Below are positions 20,301 to 30,849 of a stretch of DNA of 64,000 nt, piece after piece. The stretch's first letter is position 1. Every line of letters begins with the position of its first letter. Under the pieces are notes generated by a model. The model saw nothing but the letters and a program-made list of their open reading frames with translations. It had not been told where the DNA came from and did not search any database. Origin of the DNA: an uncultured virus (IMG/VR IMGVR_UViG_3300027020_000013) (taxonomy: Duplodnaviria > Heunggongvirae > Uroviricota > Caudoviricetes); the IMG/VR virus record IMGVR_UViG_3300027020_000013. One strand, 5' to 3'. The position numbers were made by a program, and so were the translations under genes.

Positions 20301-21368
20301 GGTGTACCTGTTGAATACCTGATGATCTTCTGTGCAATGGAATCTGGTTTCGACTGGACCATTAAAGCAGGTGCAGGTGGTTCAGCTACAGGTTGGTTCC
20401 AGTTCATCAACTCGACGTGGGATTGGATGCTGCAACAGCATTCCAAGAAGTACGGCTTGCCAGCTGACGTTGGTCGTCGTCTACGCTTGGATCCACGGAT
20501 CAACGCACTGATGGGTGCGGAGTACATGAAGTACTCGATGAACGTTATCAAGAAGGCAACCGGTAAGGACCCGACTGATATCGACCTTTACCTGGCTCAC
20601 TTCCTCGGTCCTGGTACTGCAGTTAAGTGGCTCAAGTTGCCTAAGAACACCATCGGTTCATACGCGTTCCCGAAAGAAGCTGCAGCCAACCCGTCTATCT
20701 TTAAAGACAAGGCGTCTGGTCAACAGCGGACTCTGGCACAGATCGAAGCATCGTTCGATAAGCGTATGGAAAAGTTCCGTGCAATGGCATCGGCTGGTAC
20801 TGCCAATGGTGCAGCAGTTCCGTTGAAAGTGGAGGATGTTGAGAAAGCGGAAGCCGCTGCTAAAGCGAAAGCAGCAGAGGGCGAAGCCAAGAAGGATGAC
20901 AAGTTCATTCCTGGTGTATCGGCAATGCCTGGTGGTCCTTCCGCTACAGGTTCTACTCCAACCAACACTGGTTCTGGTGGTCCTTCATTGTCCACTGCTC
21001 TGAGTGCTGCGACTCAAGCCCCAGCAGGCGCATCTACTGCTCCTGTGGGTGTGATGGCTCCTAGCGCTAATGCTCCAGCTGAAGCCGCACCTTCGAGTGG
21101 TCAGGCTAACGCGAGTAATAACCCAGTGGCGGATGCCGCGGCAGCAGCTTCAGCTGCACGCGATCAGCAACGGGCACAGCAAGTACAACAGTCCACTAAA
21201 CAGGACGCTGCTATCATGTCTGTACAACAAGAACAACTTGAAGTACAGAAGCAAATGTTGGCGGCACTGCATACACTGGTGGGTAAGGGCACTCCGAGCC
21301 AGGGCAATAGTATGCCCCAGCAACAGAGTCGTCAGGCCAACAAGTCTGCTTACCCTGTTCCAGTCTAA
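14364..21368 (+). CDS. tape-measure-like virion protein with C-terminal lytic transglycosylase (phiKZ gp181-like)
   Basis: 2334 aa, Ala/Gly-rich helical; SLT motifs [25 protein letters not shown]. Confidence 0.92.
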   Translation: MASNKTKLADAGNKSAFDFDDDFDSFFDDDIGGKKKSPVQEFMAGFKDGILDKGKNKSLLKSFLTNGVPKGYDRLFGAYDQMKDSVVSVKDHLEKTNPGDLQYLFKRAESFLPSLKGKMSDSTYDRINTALSNKADQYKYQIEANQDQAKLAIRRQRAQDEETIKQGLGDDLRSAVDQGTVVQRSLFNMGQEADQKRWDLDRIERGLRDQVDNKHHQTVARGLAQAVDSLTRMASYAEQVDYDFKRKGLELQFRSYQALRDMSKLAEAQLEMQNKAFQALVRNTGLPDHLKSSMKDLMSMNMRQGIATAGTSMAGRTLSGFLGNYGATAQGRVNSRASSALSGIVQGLQTGESMSDFWDQRYMLAGNLAADGVHGLARNTVAPILGRMARPALTRMSNKHGRGKHNQVGYALDNVPAFMQEYVNNYQNSYGAKGVLQDMLRPFVPQFGLDTATKASNYQTIGQHQVFNQLTQRSLTEILPGFQARILRELRMLRTGNENVAMEVFDITKGVFTTSKESLANQKDRIVSKGTTRMVSGQISETLDTIDADNKLSTGARRALSERLLRDASTNKRFDPMRYGSKYGYKDGTSKETLQELEDFFKGQFERDEKGKFADTAANHEKRKRMSDSFLNIRNVSRDPAQEIHRLIEAGKTDELRELGIVQTIEGQDRINYPMLWQMMSSDVNMRHAGAGASYHDASGDTTSAHFVGPQYPGQFSARAQSVAARFLDGPQAQRAKDAAKRGFGNARDLMDQFKSDPMQFMRDQYDAGSTAAKGRVQNLKDSATAAVDAAKGGGLPAVMEHFSAQEKLDFAKALLNNVIDKEPPAMREARLQLAQTIINSIETGKEKGQALLATEQGQKAVAAGNQVLALGHDKIDQIKKSEAMGVLDLKLEAANDAVIKAQDIVQGKLVDVNTGKVIQKVTDITGEVRNEMNQVVVSAGEVARGLYNDRGELVHKAKGHMDRVQAIISQHATKAAAVAKEKADDLKDWCLEGTDQVIIKAKDLLEGNLIDEESGEPIYSLDDIKGNISDRYGNLVATAQELGRGLRSVDGKKYDMQDVKARASKLAQQLWRGNSTQNVFAGMKMAGKFAWTLARNTFARMTGERDAYLPGEVKPVLTVEKLKEGLYQDVDGKVIKSFGDINGPVFDVTTGEPLLDKKELKDLVDTNGKKHSIAKNQGLIRRVVRGAVKGYWNMTKAYYRQLGKEFGNDAIAGAKTILAPMGSFSKRQLANLSTTDQVLVQIRDAIRETVPKKNRKGSWMEKAEKDQEEKKSTAGKNDESKESKGMFGRMTAALGGLWDKMRGKKKGEQEEDEEGGGLLDTAQDALGTAADAKDLLGGGGEGRRGRGRLGRIGRKIAGSRVGKFAAAQGGRFMATAGGQMAARGAMMVGSSLAALVSAPVLIGAAVVGGVGVASYFTYKYFAGVKGEFMSVRMLQYGITSTRQRHKILALEQLLEKTALRGQSPQMNIGAAGGKAILDIMGFDKNDEAAIHRFARWMDLRFKPVFCQWLKGIDTIGKTQLSLTDIEEKVDDALKGTLVKEITMEYGDGGPFACRDNPFGDDEPLDDTIEETKERIKELSEKYKIDPEKEKAALPGNKPKATEPSEEAKENKEKGAAVVAATASAVATKAAQEAKAIGKKNQESQDQAAKTVQQKVQNMAKVAGVAVSASAVANGIMPKPIAAQELAALDAIRARAYGMEVLNKNQMESLIAMETRLDLQSKTDQSGIVKFNGDMEKFIVAAGPLFGMNTADHGTDRVKFVNWLTDRFIPVAEMFLTMARSTYRGKPEMASTQMKLGDQVRVAKGVMGSTNTNGQSVWSTPSIFPIKGDLKGLKQMADWDVMYLEKQAAAVLSSPTLSAGAQAAGATNAESGKSFFDGVVDKVSGAFNAVTNAVSGAADRVGSALSSAASTVGGAVQSAGSAVAAGAVSAYGAAYEAVTGKSYGYVSEGNGGSWEQVPMPTSKDAKGSRKTMEVVSQMVGVPVEYLMIFCAMESGFDWTIKAGAGGSATGWFQFINSTWDWMLQQHSKKYGLPADVGRRLRLDPRINALMGAEYMKYSMNVIKKATGKDPTDIDLYLAHFLGPGTAVKWLKLPKNTIGSYAFPKEAAANPSIFKDKASGQQRTLAQIEASFDKRMEKFRAMASAGTANGAAVPLKVEDVEKAEAAAKAKAAEGEAKKDDKFIPGVSAMPGGPSATGSTPTNTGSGGPSLSTALSAATQAPAGASTAPVGVMAPSANAPAEAAPSSGQANASNNPVADAAAAASAARDQQRAQQVQQSTKQDAAIMSVQQEQLEVQKQMLAALHTLVGKGTPSQGNSMPQQQSRQANKSAYPVPV

Positions 21369-21374
21369 ATCTAG

Positions 21375-21394
21375 GGCCTACCTTCGGGTAGGCT
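21375..21394 (+). terminator. cUUCGg terminator
   Basis: GGCCTACC-TTCG-GGTAGGCT then TTATTTT. Confidence 0.8.
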
Positions 21395-21417
21395 TTATTT
21401 TGTCTAAAGGTTCCAAT

Positions 21418-23397
21418 ATGGCAACTCCAACAGTTGATACACCAATTTGGCTACGACAAGCATTCCTGTTACCAACGTCTACTAACCAAGTATCGTTCGG
21501 TTCTGAAACCCGTCGTCGCTTTGCAAACTCTGCAGCTTTCAAATTTACAAACACTACACCCGGTGGTAACTTTACCATTAACAACTTACCTCAGTATACC
21601 CGTCATGCTGATATTCGTCAGCCTGGTCGTGGTCGTACTGCGGAAAACAAACGTCTCGGTATGGGACGATACTATTCGGAAGCACATGACGACTTAGCAC
21701 AAAAGCTACACATGTCGTTTGGTGTTCCCCGATTCTCTAGCTGGGCATCTTTCTTCACTAACTTCTACGACCGTTCTGCAGCTACCTTTGCTAACTCAGG
21801 TAAGACTACTGACCTGTGGTACAACCTGGGTAACACATTGTCGTTCGTAGTGTCCTTACCAGTACAGCCATTCATTATTGGTATCACTGCAGTATCTCGT
21901 GTACTGTCGTTCCTATCGAAATCATCTCCATCGAAGTGGTTCTATTTCAAACCAACGATGCATGCGTATTGGTCTGCTGTTAATACACTCGCTAACGAGT
22001 TCGCTATTAACATGGGTCTACAACCTCGGCTATATACTGATCCAGATTCCCAATCCCAGATGGCAGATCCTGGTCAGACCGTAACAGTAGAAGACATGAA
22101 GCGTTGGCACACATTGATGCCAGGTTTGTTTACTCCGAATGGGGGTGTTGACGTAATGGCTCTAGCGGGTCGTGCTCAACGTAAAGCTGACGAAGCTCGT
22201 AAGGCTTGGGAAGCTATGGCTGAGAAAGCACGGAACATTCAAGAACTCCGTGCAGGTATGAACACGGAGCTATCGAAGTATTACAAAGACCCGACACCAA
22301 ACATGTCGACTCGTGAATACTTCCTTAAATACCTGGAAGCTGACCCAGTAGGGGAATCAGCAGTCATCGACTCTGAGAAGTTTAGTGAATGGGGTGATCT
22401 GTCGAAGGTCTACAACTTCATTACGGGTGCACAACGAGATGGCATGCAGTTCGTCACATTGCGTGCAGACTTTAACGGAGAACAATCGGAATCCTTTACA
22501 TCGTCCACTACGTCGGTAGGTGTTGCTCAAACACTGAACACGAAAGTAACGGAAGGTCGTGCAGCTCAGTTCAACTTCATGCAAGGTAACGTCACAGATC
22601 TTATCGGTGGTGCATTCCAAGCGGTATCGAGTTTTGTAGGTGGTGCACTCGACATGGTGAACATGTCAGGTCTTGCAACACTGGCAGGCTCTGCATTCGT
22701 TGACGTACCGGAATACTGGGAATCCTCAATGGCTTCTCTGCCAACGGCATCTTACACGATTCCTCTCGTGTGTGCTCATGGTAACAAGATGTCGAGGTTC
22801 TTGAACATCTATCTACCGCTGGCTATGATCCTGCCAATGGCGCTACCGCGTTCAGCTGGTCGCTCTGCATACACTGCTCCATTTATCTGTCAGTTGTTCC
22901 ACCAAGGTCGTAACCAAAAGCAACTCGCGATTATCGATTCGTTGACAATCCGTCGAGGTACTGGTCACGTAGGTTGGAACGCAGATAACGAAATGTTAAA
23001 CTGTGAAGTTCAGATCTCCGTGAAAGACTTGTCGAAGATCATGCACATTCCATTGAAAGCTGGCTTTGCTTCGGCATCGTGGTTGGGTACAGCTGTTCGT
23101 GGTGCAGCTGCTACGGCTGCTGAGATGGTTGGTGAATCTACACTGAATACGGTTACTGCTTTAACCAACGGTGCAGTGTGGGATGAACAATCGTTGTTCA
23201 ACGATTACACCGCTACGTTGACTTCTCAATCCTGGGCAGATTTCTATTACGCTGGCAAACGACTGAACCTGAACATTGCTAAACAAGTTCAAGCATTCCA
23301 ATCCTGGCGTAGTCCGTCTAACTTCATGTCATGGGTATTGGATGGTGATGTTGCTCGAACTATCGCTGCATTCGCGGCTTCTACTGATCGGTTCTAA
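21418..23397 (+). CDS. virion tail/baseplate protein (phiKZ gp182-like)
   Basis: Start moved to MATPTV at 21418 (after the terminator); synteny after the gp181-like gene. Confidence 0.75.
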   Translation: MATPTVDTPIWLRQAFLLPTSTNQVSFGSETRRRFANSAAFKFTNTTPGGNFTINNLPQYTRHADIRQPGRGRTAENKRLGMGRYYSEAHDDLAQKLHMSFGVPRFSSWASFFTNFYDRSAATFANSGKTTDLWYNLGNTLSFVVSLPVQPFIIGITAVSRVLSFLSKSSPSKWFYFKPTMHAYWSAVNTLANEFAINMGLQPRLYTDPDSQSQMADPGQTVTVEDMKRWHTLMPGLFTPNGGVDVMALAGRAQRKADEARKAWEAMAEKARNIQELRAGMNTELSKYYKDPTPNMSTREYFLKYLEADPVGESAVIDSEKFSEWGDLSKVYNFITGAQRDGMQFVTLRADFNGEQSESFTSSTTSVGVAQTLNTKVTEGRAAQFNFMQGNVTDLIGGAFQAVSSFVGGALDMVNMSGLATLAGSAFVDVPEYWESSMASLPTASYTIPLVCAHGNKMSRFLNIYLPLAMILPMALPRSAGRSAYTAPFICQLFHQGRNQKQLAIIDSLTIRRGTGHVGWNADNEMLNCEVQISVKDLSKIMHIPLKAGFASASWLGTAVRGAAATAAEMVGESTLNTVTALTNGAVWDEQSLFNDYTATLTSQSWADFYYAGKRLNLNIAKQVQAFQSWRSPSNFMSWVLDGDVARTIAAFAASTDRF

Positions 23398-23475
23398 TGG
23401 AAAAGAATACTCGCGGTAGTGATCTAATGTAGACACTATCGTGTCCTTCCCAAAAACCTCAAGTGGAATTCTGCA

Positions 23476-23913
23476 ATGTCTAAACTGTCCTTCCTGCAAA
23501 ACCTCGGTCTGAAACTGCTGGGCACCGATGCTCTGGCTGCTATCAAAGGTGAAGTCGTTGACCTGACCCGTAAAACCGTTGAAGATGAACACGCCACCGC
23601 ACTACGTGAACAACCACTGAGTCTTATGGTTGGCGCTAGCCGCCTGGAAACTTTCTTCCATGACACCCTGCGCGCCCGTGCCCGTGCTGGCTCTAACCAA
23701 GTAACGTCTGCCCTGCTCCTCAGCCTGGTCGGTGATAACTACCAGGTTGCCTACTCCATCACAGAAGCTGCCCGTGTAGCTGAAGAATCCGGTGAAGGCT
23801 TCATGAAGAAGAAGGCTGCAGTTCTGCGCGCTATCCGCGAGAAAGAACTGGGCTTGAGCAAGTCCCAAGAACAACTGGTTATCGAACTGGCAGTTCAACT
23901 GATCCGCGATTAA
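23476..23913 (+). CDS. hypothetical protein, 145 aa, host-adapted codons
   Basis: ORF; strong CTG/CGT/ACC codon use. Confidence 0.8.
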   Translation: MSKLSFLQNLGLKLLGTDALAAIKGEVVDLTRKTVEDEHATALREQPLSLMVGASRLETFFHDTLRARARAGSNQVTSALLLSLVGDNYQVAYSITEAARVAEESGEGFMKKKAAVLRAIREKELGLSKSQEQLVIELAVQLIRD

Positions 23914-23920
23914 TCTTATC

Positions 23921-23940
23921 GGCTATCCTTCGGGATAGCC
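23921..23940 (+). terminator. cUUCGg terminator
   Basis: GGCTATCC-TTCG-GGATAGCC-TTT. Confidence 0.85.
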
Positions 23941-23967
23941 TTTATGATGTGTTAAGGAGATCACCAC

Positions 23968-24246
23968 ATGAACCGATCATTATCTAGATGGCTAGCATCA
24001 AACGAACAAGTACATTACACCGAAGAAGAGAAAGATCAACTCGTAAACAAACCGTTAGATCCACAGGGGGCTACGATTTGGGAAGACAACGAACCAGTCG
24101 CTAAAGGCGGTATGCGTACTTTGATTTCTACTGCGGATCTACCAAAGGATCCAAAGGAAGGAGAAGGTTACCAAGTACGGGATGTTTACTGGGTTTGGAC
24201 TAACGGACGTTGGATGTCACTGCAAGGACTTTACGGACATACGTGA
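23968..24246 (+). CDS. small protein with C-terminal fibre-like beta module
   Basis: AAGGAG SD; DLPKDPKEGEGYQVRDVYWVWTNGRW. Confidence 0.75.
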   Translation: MNRSLSRWLASNEQVHYTEEEKDQLVNKPLDPQGATIWEDNEPVAKGGMRTLISTADLPKDPKEGEGYQVRDVYWVWTNGRWMSLQGLYGHT

Positions 24247-24264
24247 GTTCCCTTCGGGGAACTC
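24245..24264 (+). terminator. cUUCGg terminator
   Basis: GAGTTCCC-TTCG-GGGAACTC. Confidence 0.8.
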
Positions 24265-24292
24265 TTATGATGTTTTAATAAAATCTCAGATC

Positions 24293-24300
24293 TATATTAC
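24293..24300 (+). promoter_or_regulatory. early promoter core TATATTAC
   Basis: Exact motif directly after a terminator. Confidence 0.8.
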
Positions 24301-24333
24301 TACATTGATATTAACTAGCATGGTCAGATACAG

Positions 24334-25194
24334 ATGCAATCTAATTTTAATGTAATGAACGTTATCGAAGCCTTCCAACTTTTGCGTGCTAAACGTGCCG
24401 TGAACTATGAAGGTTATAACTTCAAATACGATACGTATTTCGATGGTCATGCCACGTTGCACCACATGGTCTGTATGGACGTGGAAACCAACAAAGGCAT
24501 CTGGCACATCTGGGGTATGGAAGGTCGTAACTGGACTCCAGATGATCTCCGTCGTTCCAATATGAATCGCATGTTCTCGATTACCGAGATGTGCAGCTAT
24601 GGTGACTTCGTGTTCTATGACCCGATGGGTCTAATTCATTTCCCAGGTGGTGCGCAGCCCGCAGGCGCTGTATTGAACAGCTATAACCAGGGTCGTGGAC
24701 TGGTTCGTCAACATGTATGTGGTACACCAATTAACGTCCATCCCGGTTGGATGAGGCCTGGGGATTCGCCATTCCATCCTGGCCCTGGTATGCCTGGGTT
24801 GTTCCAGTGGCATGATCCACAAATGATTCGTCCTGGTTTTGGTCAGCAAACCCAATACTCTTCCGGCACTGGCCAGCGTAGTTCTAACTTCGGTACAGCC
24901 GAAGGTTTGTTGCATACGCTCTTAGGTGTACAAGGTGTGGCAGACTACAACCAAGTTCGCCGGGATCTTTTCGCCAAACTCGTTGATGCCAATAGCTGGA
25001 CTTTCGATATCGATGACAATAAAGATCCAGTAATGACGTTCAGTTATTCTGACAGCCACCTGGCTAAAGGTGTACAACAAGTAATTCGCAAGTTGTTGAA
25101 GAATTCGTTAGTGGATAAAGGGTATACTGTTACCCCCACAGCAACAGCCAGCGACACTGTCCTCGAAATCTCCGTTAACCTCCGCACTATCTAA
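24334..25194 (+). CDS. hypothetical protein, 286 aa, Pro/Gly-rich linker
   Basis: ORF track. Confidence 0.8.
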   Translation: MQSNFNVMNVIEAFQLLRAKRAVNYEGYNFKYDTYFDGHATLHHMVCMDVETNKGIWHIWGMEGRNWTPDDLRRSNMNRMFSITEMCSYGDFVFYDPMGLIHFPGGAQPAGAVLNSYNQGRGLVRQHVCGTPINVHPGWMRPGDSPFHPGPGMPGLFQWHDPQMIRPGFGQQTQYSSGTGQRSSNFGTAEGLLHTLLGVQGVADYNQVRRDLFAKLVDANSWTFDIDDNKDPVMTFSYSDSHLAKGVQQVIRKLLKNSLVDKGYTVTPTATASDTVLEISVNLRTI

Positions 25195-25203
25195 GGAATC
25201 AAA

Positions 25204-25698
25204 ATGCAACAGTCTATTCCTGATCTGCGTATCAATCCATCCCATAAGGAATACGACCTGGAAATCCAGGCAATTACTGATGAAAAGATCGGTAATCCAC
25301 GCGATCGTATCGATCGTGCCTCGTGGTTGATTCACGTGCTGAACAACATGAACCTAACCGGTCCATTCGCAGCACGCCGTAACTACTTCAAGCAAGTCGT
25401 CAAAGAAGTCTTCGGTTGCGATTGTAAGATCCAAACTCATGGGCTTTCACACGAACGCCGCATGTGGGTTTCTGTCGAGCTCGACGAACTGGTAATCGGT
25501 ATTAACCGAGGCTATCGCGTTGGCTATGATGAACTCACCGATAAATACGCTGCACACAGTAGCCGTATCGGTATCGAACTCATCAAGCTGGAAAATGGCA
25601 TCGTGTACCAAAACTCCAATCAGCTCACCGATCCAGAGTGGTTGGAAAAGATCGATAAGGTAGCTGATATTGTCGGCTATCCGTACATCGGCAAGTAG
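25204..25698 (+). CDS. hypothetical protein, 164 aa
   Basis: TAAGGA SD. Confidence 0.8.
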   Translation: MQQSIPDLRINPSHKEYDLEIQAITDEKIGNPRDRIDRASWLIHVLNNMNLTGPFAARRNYFKQVVKEVFGCDCKIQTHGLSHERRMWVSVELDELVIGINRGYRVGYDELTDKYAAHSSRIGIELIKLENGIVYQNSNQLTDPEWLEKIDKVADIVGYPYIGK

Positions 25699-25713
25699 AA
25701 ACAAACTCAGATC

Positions 25714-25721
25714 TATATAAC
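25714..25721 (+). promoter_or_regulatory. early promoter variant TATATAAC
   Basis: CTCAGATCTATATAAC mirrors the context at 24285-24300. Confidence 0.7.
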
Positions 25722-25754
25722 TGTACTGCAATCCACAAAAGGGAAATACCTGTA

Positions 25755-26177
25755 ATGTCCGATGTATCCAAGATTCAAGCTGTATCTTACGCCGAGAAGA
25801 ACGACCTGCGCGCCAAGATTTCGATCAACGACGCTGGCCTGTACACGATCCCAGCTGACATTCGTCAAGTGCTGGTCCTCGATCCGCTGGGTGTTTCGGC
25901 TGAAACCTACGGTAAGATCGAGAAAGAAGACGCCAAGCTGCTGGGTGGTATGATTTATGTTGGTGGCGAACTGGCAGTCGATCACTTCAAGGCCAATCCA
26001 GATGCAGTGGAAGTTGGCTTCAACTATCAGCAAGGCAATTCCACCAGCGTCAGCGTGCTGTTCAACCGTGATGCAAAAGACCACACCGTAGTGGCAGTTG
26101 AAACCAAACACAAGACCGCAGACGTGAAGCGTGTGCTGTCGTACCTGGGTGACCAGTTCGCAAACATCAACTCGTAA
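25755..26177 (+). CDS. hypothetical protein, 140 aa
   Basis: ORF, host-like codons. Confidence 0.8.
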   Translation: MSDVSKIQAVSYAEKNDLRAKISINDAGLYTIPADIRQVLVLDPLGVSAETYGKIEKEDAKLLGGMIYVGGELAVDHFKANPDAVEVGFNYQQGNSTSVSVLFNRDAKDHTVVAVETKHKTADVKRVLSYLGDQFANINS

Positions 26178-26186
26178 GGATTCGTA

Positions 26187-26627
26187 ATGAAGTTGCCAGA
26201 TATCAGTGGGATGGATCGTCAACGCGCATCTTTCCATATTCAACATGTCCTCAAGCAAGAACAGAATATGCTTCCCGAAGGCCACGGTATCTGGTACAAC
26301 CTCTACCGTTATCCTGATCTGAAGATGTCATACTCATCCATGCCTGTGCGTTACAAGGTGGATCGACTTATACCAGTATTTGCACCTCTACCGGAAGGTC
26401 ATCGTAAACCACAGCTGGATCTTGTATCGCGTTTGGTAAAGACCTGTATTGTAGCTGTACGTGTTACTGGTCCGATTGTTAACAGCTTTGTCTACCGGAA
26501 CGCGCTGGCTTACAAACAGGCTAAGGATAAAGAATACCACGACAAACTTGAGCGTGAACACCGCGCATGGCAAGCACGCGGCGGTTGGCGTCAAGAGCAT
26601 CCAGAATTCAATAAACTCGATTTCTAA
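26187..26627 (+). CDS. hypothetical protein, 146 aa
   Basis: TAAGGA SD. Confidence 0.75.
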   Translation: MKLPDISGMDRQRASFHIQHVLKQEQNMLPEGHGIWYNLYRYPDLKMSYSSMPVRYKVDRLIPVFAPLPEGHRKPQLDLVSRLVKTCIVAVRVTGPIVNSFVYRNALAYKQAKDKEYHDKLEREHRAWQARGGWRQEHPEFNKLDF

Positions 26628-26637
26628 GGAACTTCCC

Positions 26638-26805
26638 ATGTTTCAAGAAGCACGTCCATTTAAGCTGTTCGTAGACAAACACGGTGCAATCATCATGAAC
26701 TGTGACAACCACAGCATCGATGCAGCCGAGCGTGTAGCTAAACGCATCAGCCATGGCAACCTCGTGCAGGTTGTTGTTACCAAGCGTACAAAAGCAAGTG
26801 AGTAA
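26638..26805 (+). CDS. small hypothetical protein, 55 aa
   Basis: TAAGGA SD before MFQEARPF. Confidence 0.7.
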   Translation: MFQEARPFKLFVDKHGAIIMNCDNHSIDAAERVAKRISHGNLVQVVVTKRTKASE

Positions 26806-27274
26806 CGGTTTTCGCGAGAAGCTGTTGCTCCAACGTGATGCTATTGAATGTTTGGCACTGGTGACTGAGGCACAGTTAAAGCGCAAACAGGCTATACTTG
26901 CTCGACGTTCTCATGGCATCACCAAGGTTCATGTAGCGCATAAAGAACAACCGTTGTATGTGTGGGATGTTTACATCTATTCGCGTAAAGACGGGTACGA
27001 ACCATTTAAGCTGCCTGGTCAGTTCCCGCTTAAACGAATCTATGGTAACGTTTACCATGCACACTTCCATGTGCCGATTGGCGCACCTCTTGAAGTAATC
27101 GTACATTGGAATGGTGGACATGTGATGATCTCTGCACCGGGTCGTCCATGGAACATCGCTTGTCAAGTAGGAAGATGTAAAGATGGCGAAGAAAACATCA
27201 CCACAGGCTTTAACGTTGACGGAAAAGGCACTCATAAAGAACCTTACACTCTTGCGCAATTACCTGCGACATGA
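26798..27274 (+). CDS. hypothetical protein
   Basis: GTG start overlapping the upstream gene's end. Confidence 0.65.
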   Translation: MSNGFREKLLLQRDAIECLALVTEAQLKRKQAILARRSHGITKVHVAHKEQPLYVWDVYIYSRKDGYEPFKLPGQFPLKRIYGNVYHAHFHVPIGAPLEVIVHWNGGHVMISAPGRPWNIACQVGRCKDGEENITTGFNVDGKGTHKEPYTLAQLPAT

Positions 27275-27602
27275 GAGCTCCCGCACCGATGGGCGAGTGA
27301 CACGCCACTTAGAAAGACATACCCATACACTGCATGTTGAAGTGTCCAAGCGTGGTTGGGTACGGGTATGCGTAGCTGGGCGTGGGTTCTACGAAACCGA
27401 TCCTTATCTCCTGGATGTTCGCATCAATGGCGATAAGGTTATGATGGAAGGTACGCGTCGAGAGACCTTTTTGGGAATTACCCGTTCCCTAAAGCTGTCT
27501 CAACCTGCGGTATTGAAGTACCTGCGTAAAGCCCTCAAACACAATTTTCCTGGTTATACCGAACCTCGAGCCGAATGGGTACCACCCGTTCGGATTAGTT
27601 AA
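27183..27602 (+). CDS. basic hypothetical protein, paralog of 27616..28032
   Basis: Shared LR..L.......G.V.R....H......V.K.G and VL..LR...K..FP.Y. Confidence 0.7.
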   Translation: MAKKTSPQALTLTEKALIKNLTLLRNYLRHESSRTDGRVTRHLERHTHTLHVEVSKRGWVRVCVAGRGFYETDPYLLDVRINGDKVMMEGTRRETFLGITRSLKLSQPAVLKYLRKALKHNFPGYTEPRAEWVPPVRIS

Positions 27603-27615
27603 GTAAGGAAACACA

Positions 27616-28032
27616 ATGAGTTCTTGCAAAAACCTGTCTGTTGAAAAGCTGCTGCTGAAACTGCGTCAACACCTGTGGCGTGTTACCACTGGTAGTTCTG
27701 GTAACGTCGTACGTAACGTCGCAGTACACGGTCGTGAGATTCGTGCACAAGTTCGTAAGAGCGGTGCTATCGAACTCGAAATCAAACTGGGCTCTACTTC
27801 CCTGTACGCTTACTACAACGGACGTGATAAACTCGTCTACAACGGTACCGATCGTTTTGGTTCGATGCTGAGTAAGTCCCGTAGCATCGAAGATGCACAA
27901 GTTCTTTACCTCCTGCGTGACAACGTCAAGCGTGCCTTCCCTGACTACAACAAGTCGGCGCTGAGCTACAAGAAGCCTGAAACCAAGAATGGTCGTCACC
28001 GCATGGTCGGTGGCGCTATGGAAAAATACTGA
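27616..28032 (+). CDS. basic hypothetical protein, paralog of 27183..27602
   Basis: TAAGGA SD; similarity as above. Confidence 0.8.
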   Translation: MSSCKNLSVEKLLLKLRQHLWRVTTGSSGNVVRNVAVHGREIRAQVRKSGAIELEIKLGSTSLYAYYNGRDKLVYNGTDRFGSMLSKSRSIEDAQVLYLLRDNVKRAFPDYNKSALSYKKPETKNGRHRMVGGAMEKY

Positions 28033-28066
28033 TTCCTATAATGGAATAGGAACACCGCTGCAAAGC

Positions 28067-28086
28067 TTGGGTCCTTCGGGACCCAA
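28067..28086 (+). terminator. cUUCGg terminator
   Basis: TTGGGTCC-TTCG-GGACCCAA. Confidence 0.8.
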
Positions 28087-28122
28087 TGCTCAATTCTTTT
28101 TTATTCAAGAGGCTGTAAATAG

Positions 28123-29193
28123 ATGACTCAAGATGTTCAATTCGTCGCTCCTTTCTTTGTCCTGGAAGGTGATGAAGGTACTGGCAAAGGCACCGTAGCA
28201 AAAAAGGTAGTTCAAAAGCTGACTGCCAAAGGTATTGAATTCGTCCATACCCGTGAACCAGGTGGTACCGAACTCGGCGAAGTTCTGCGTCAACAACTGC
28301 TGCTGAAACGCGAGCAACCACTGGAGCACGTTACACACATCCTGCTGCACCAAGCTTACCGCAAAGAACACATCGAGAAAGTTATTCTCCCAGCACTGTA
28401 CGCTGGTAAAGTTGTTCTGTGCGAGCGCTTCTTCATGTCGACTCTGGCACTGAACGTGATGCCGTACATGGAAACCAATCCTGAACTCTATCAACTGTTC
28501 ATGGATACCATGCCGTACATCGGTAGCACCGTCATCGAACCAGTCAGCGTAATCCTGGATATCGAAGACGAAGCTGTTCGTAAAGCTCGTCTGACTGACC
28601 GTGAACTGGACTTCTACGAGTCCCGTACTCCAGAAGAACTGCAAGCAACTTCGAATGCTTACAAGATGTTCCAGAAACATCCTGCCAGCATTACCCTCGA
28701 CGCTACCAAGTCTCCAGATGAACTGGCCGATCACATCGTCGAGCGTATCGAAGCTCAACTGAAACAAGCAAAAGAACAAGCCCGTGAATTCGCTGAGCAA
28801 GAAGCAAAACGTGAAGAAGCTACTGCGGCTGCTGAACAAGGGATCGAGATCCCAGAAGAGCTCCGCGAACTGGATGGTGGTGTTGCCGCTGAGCCAGTGA
28901 AAGAAGAAGCACCTTTCAACCTGGAAGAAGCTGTTGAAGGTTTCCTGGCTGAGAACCTAGTACCTGCTCTGTTCAACCATGACTCAGAACAAGTTGAACG
29001 TTACCTGCCAGTCGCACGATCCTATGTACTGTCGATCTTCAACCAGATCCAAGATCCTGGTCTGTTCCTCGGTCAGAACCGTGCACAACTGCGTACCAAC
29101 ATGCACAGCATCTTCCACTACGGTCACCAGATGGATCTCATCCGTGAACGTCAAAACACCCCAGCCGAAACTGCTGAAGCTGTAGCCGAATAA
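28123..29193 (+). CDS. tmk: thymidylate kinase with ~150-aa C-terminal extension
   Basis: P-loop EGDEGTGKGT, TREPGGT, VLCERF. Confidence 0.9.
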   Translation: MTQDVQFVAPFFVLEGDEGTGKGTVAKKVVQKLTAKGIEFVHTREPGGTELGEVLRQQLLLKREQPLEHVTHILLHQAYRKEHIEKVILPALYAGKVVLCERFFMSTLALNVMPYMETNPELYQLFMDTMPYIGSTVIEPVSVILDIEDEAVRKARLTDRELDFYESRTPEELQATSNAYKMFQKHPASITLDATKSPDELADHIVERIEAQLKQAKEQAREFAEQEAKREEATAAAEQGIEIPEELRELDGGVAAEPVKEEAPFNLEEAVEGFLAENLVPALFNHDSEQVERYLPVARSYVLSIFNQIQDPGLFLGQNRAQLRTNMHSIFHYGHQMDLIRERQNTPAETAEAVAE

Positions 29194-29205
29194 CAAGGAT
29201 AACCA

Positions 29206-29454
29206 ATGCAAGTCAGTAAGAAAACCATTCACGTACCTGCCACTGAACTAGGAGACCTTAACGAATTCCTCAACCGTACCTTCAGTACCAAGAAGAACAA
29301 TCGTGAAACTCTAGTTACGCTGGAGAAGGTCACTAACCGGGATGTACAACTCGCCTTCGCTAAAGAAGAACGAGCTGATCGGTTTACTATTTCACAGGCT
29401 AAGTTCCGTAAGTATTACTGCTTGCTGCGCACAGTCAAAGTTGAAACAGAATAA
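29206..29454 (+). CDS. hypothetical protein, 82 aa
   Basis: AAGGA SD. Confidence 0.7.
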   Translation: MQVSKKTIHVPATELGDLNEFLNRTFSTKKNNRETLVTLEKVTNRDVQLAFAKEERADRFTISQAKFRKYYCLLRTVKVETE

Positions 29455-29455
29455 T

Positions 29456-29475
29456 GGCAGCCCTTCGGGGCTGCT
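29456..29475 (+). terminator. cUUCGg terminator
   Basis: GGCAGCCC-TTCG-GGGCTGCT-TTATTT. Confidence 0.8.
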
Positions 29476-29493
29476 TTATTTCGTGAGGTTGTG

Positions 29494-29769
29494 ATGTCGA
29501 AACATTTGATTCTGAAACGCGATACCCATGTCGGTGGTGGCTTAACTGGCGCTGGTTATGTAATGAACCTAAGAGGACGATACGCGTCATTGTCGATGTC
29601 TTATCCACCATTGGCATCGTTCTACGATTACATGGAAGGCATTGGGTGGAAATTGTTCACTCCACCTCTCAAGACAATGAACTCACATGCTAAGGAAGTC
29701 TACTTGATGACCTTCCGGCATAAAAAGAAATCTATTGGTGTAGCTAACCCTGGGGAACTGGCATTATGA
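29494..29769 (+). CDS. hypothetical protein
   Basis: GAGG SD; ORF track. Confidence 0.65.
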   Translation: MSKHLILKRDTHVGGGLTGAGYVMNLRGRYASLSMSYPPLASFYDYMEGIGWKLFTPPLKTMNSHAKEVYLMTFRHKKKSIGVANPGELAL

Positions 29770-30170
29770 TCGTATTCAAATGTGAACGGTTGAAGACACT
29801 GGAAGAAGTTATCCTTCGTGTTAATGCAATGGGGATGGGTGCTGGTAACTTCGGTAACGGTTCTGTCGTTGACCTGACGATCGGTGATCACGGATTCGTA
29901 TTCAAAGATCGGAAGAAACGTCGCATTGCCCGGTTGGCTAACGGCATGCAAACAAATACCATCGTAGTGGAACTGCAATCACTCGATGAAGACATCCCAG
30001 GTATCATCAAGATCAATGATGCTGAAGAATATTTGGAAGTAGCCAGTGCTATTACCAATTGGTTCTGTGTGGAAGACGGTAACGTTTGTGGTTGCCGTAA
30101 GAATGGTCGGATCGAGGCATTCCAAGTGATCCGTGTTGAAGGTAACACTAAACTGGTTAAGGCTGAATGA
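29766..30170 (+). CDS. hypothetical protein, 134 aa
   Basis: ATGA coupling at both ends. Confidence 0.75.
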   Translation: MIVFKCERLKTLEEVILRVNAMGMGAGNFGNGSVVDLTIGDHGFVFKDRKKRRIARLANGMQTNTIVVELQSLDEDIPGIIKINDAEEYLEVASAITNWFCVEDGNVCGCRKNGRIEAFQVIRVEGNTKLVKAE

Positions 30171-30841
30171 TGCGCGTACTCGCTCTGATTGCAATGCTGT
30201 TCATCTGCGCAGTGTCGTATGCTGCTGAACCTCTGCGTTATGTTGGGGTTCCTGTGTTCTATTCGAAGTTCGTGCCGAAGCTTGCACATTGCACGTACAA
30301 CGAAAAGGTACAATATGGTTTCTGTGGCTGGGCTAATTATCCTGAGGAAGGAGAAGTTGGTGTAACCACTACATCAGGTGATGTAACCGAGGCATTTAAC
30401 GTTCGCCTCTACGATGAAGTAGTTTGTATAGGTACAATCTGCCAAACGAACTATGGGGAATCTCGAGGGTACACCGAATCCAACGAAGTCTCGTACTGGT
30501 ATATCCCAAAAGGATTTTACTTGGCTACGTTATCCGGTGAGACTACCGCGGTTAAGTACGGCAATGGCCCTAGAGCGAGTTCTTACCCCATTCGTGGCGT
30601 TAAGATCTTGCCAGAGTACAATGACGTACCTGATGGCGAATACATCCCTGAAGAGCAAGCTGAGGGCGTTTACTACGTGCATTGCAATCCAGCTTTGGAC
30701 TGCGAATACATGGGACGTGTGATGCCCTTTACTGAACTCAAGCGTTACATTTCTACAGTCATGACTGTGAATTGCGATAAGTTTTTCTGCTATAACCCTG
30801 AACAACAAATCGTCGGCATTAATCCAAAGACCCCTCTCTGA
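30167..30841 (+). CDS. exported Cys/Tyr-rich protein with signal peptide
   Basis: MMRVLALIAMLFICAVSYA|AE signal; paired Cys. Confidence 0.8.
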   Translation: MMRVLALIAMLFICAVSYAAEPLRYVGVPVFYSKFVPKLAHCTYNEKVQYGFCGWANYPEEGEVGVTTTSGDVTEAFNVRLYDEVVCIGTICQTNYGESRGYTESNEVSYWYIPKGFYLATLSGETTAVKYGNGPRASSYPIRGVKILPEYNDVPDGEYIPEEQAEGVYYVHCNPALDCEYMGRVMPFTELKRYISTVMTVNCDKFFCYNPEQQIVGINPKTPL

Positions 30842-30849
30842 GTACCACA

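Noticed and set aside
21070..21417. N-terminal extensions in the ORF track (also 3237, 32869, 44760, 51519, 59055)
   Set aside because: They cross terminators or upstream genes; better SD-supported starts lie downstream.
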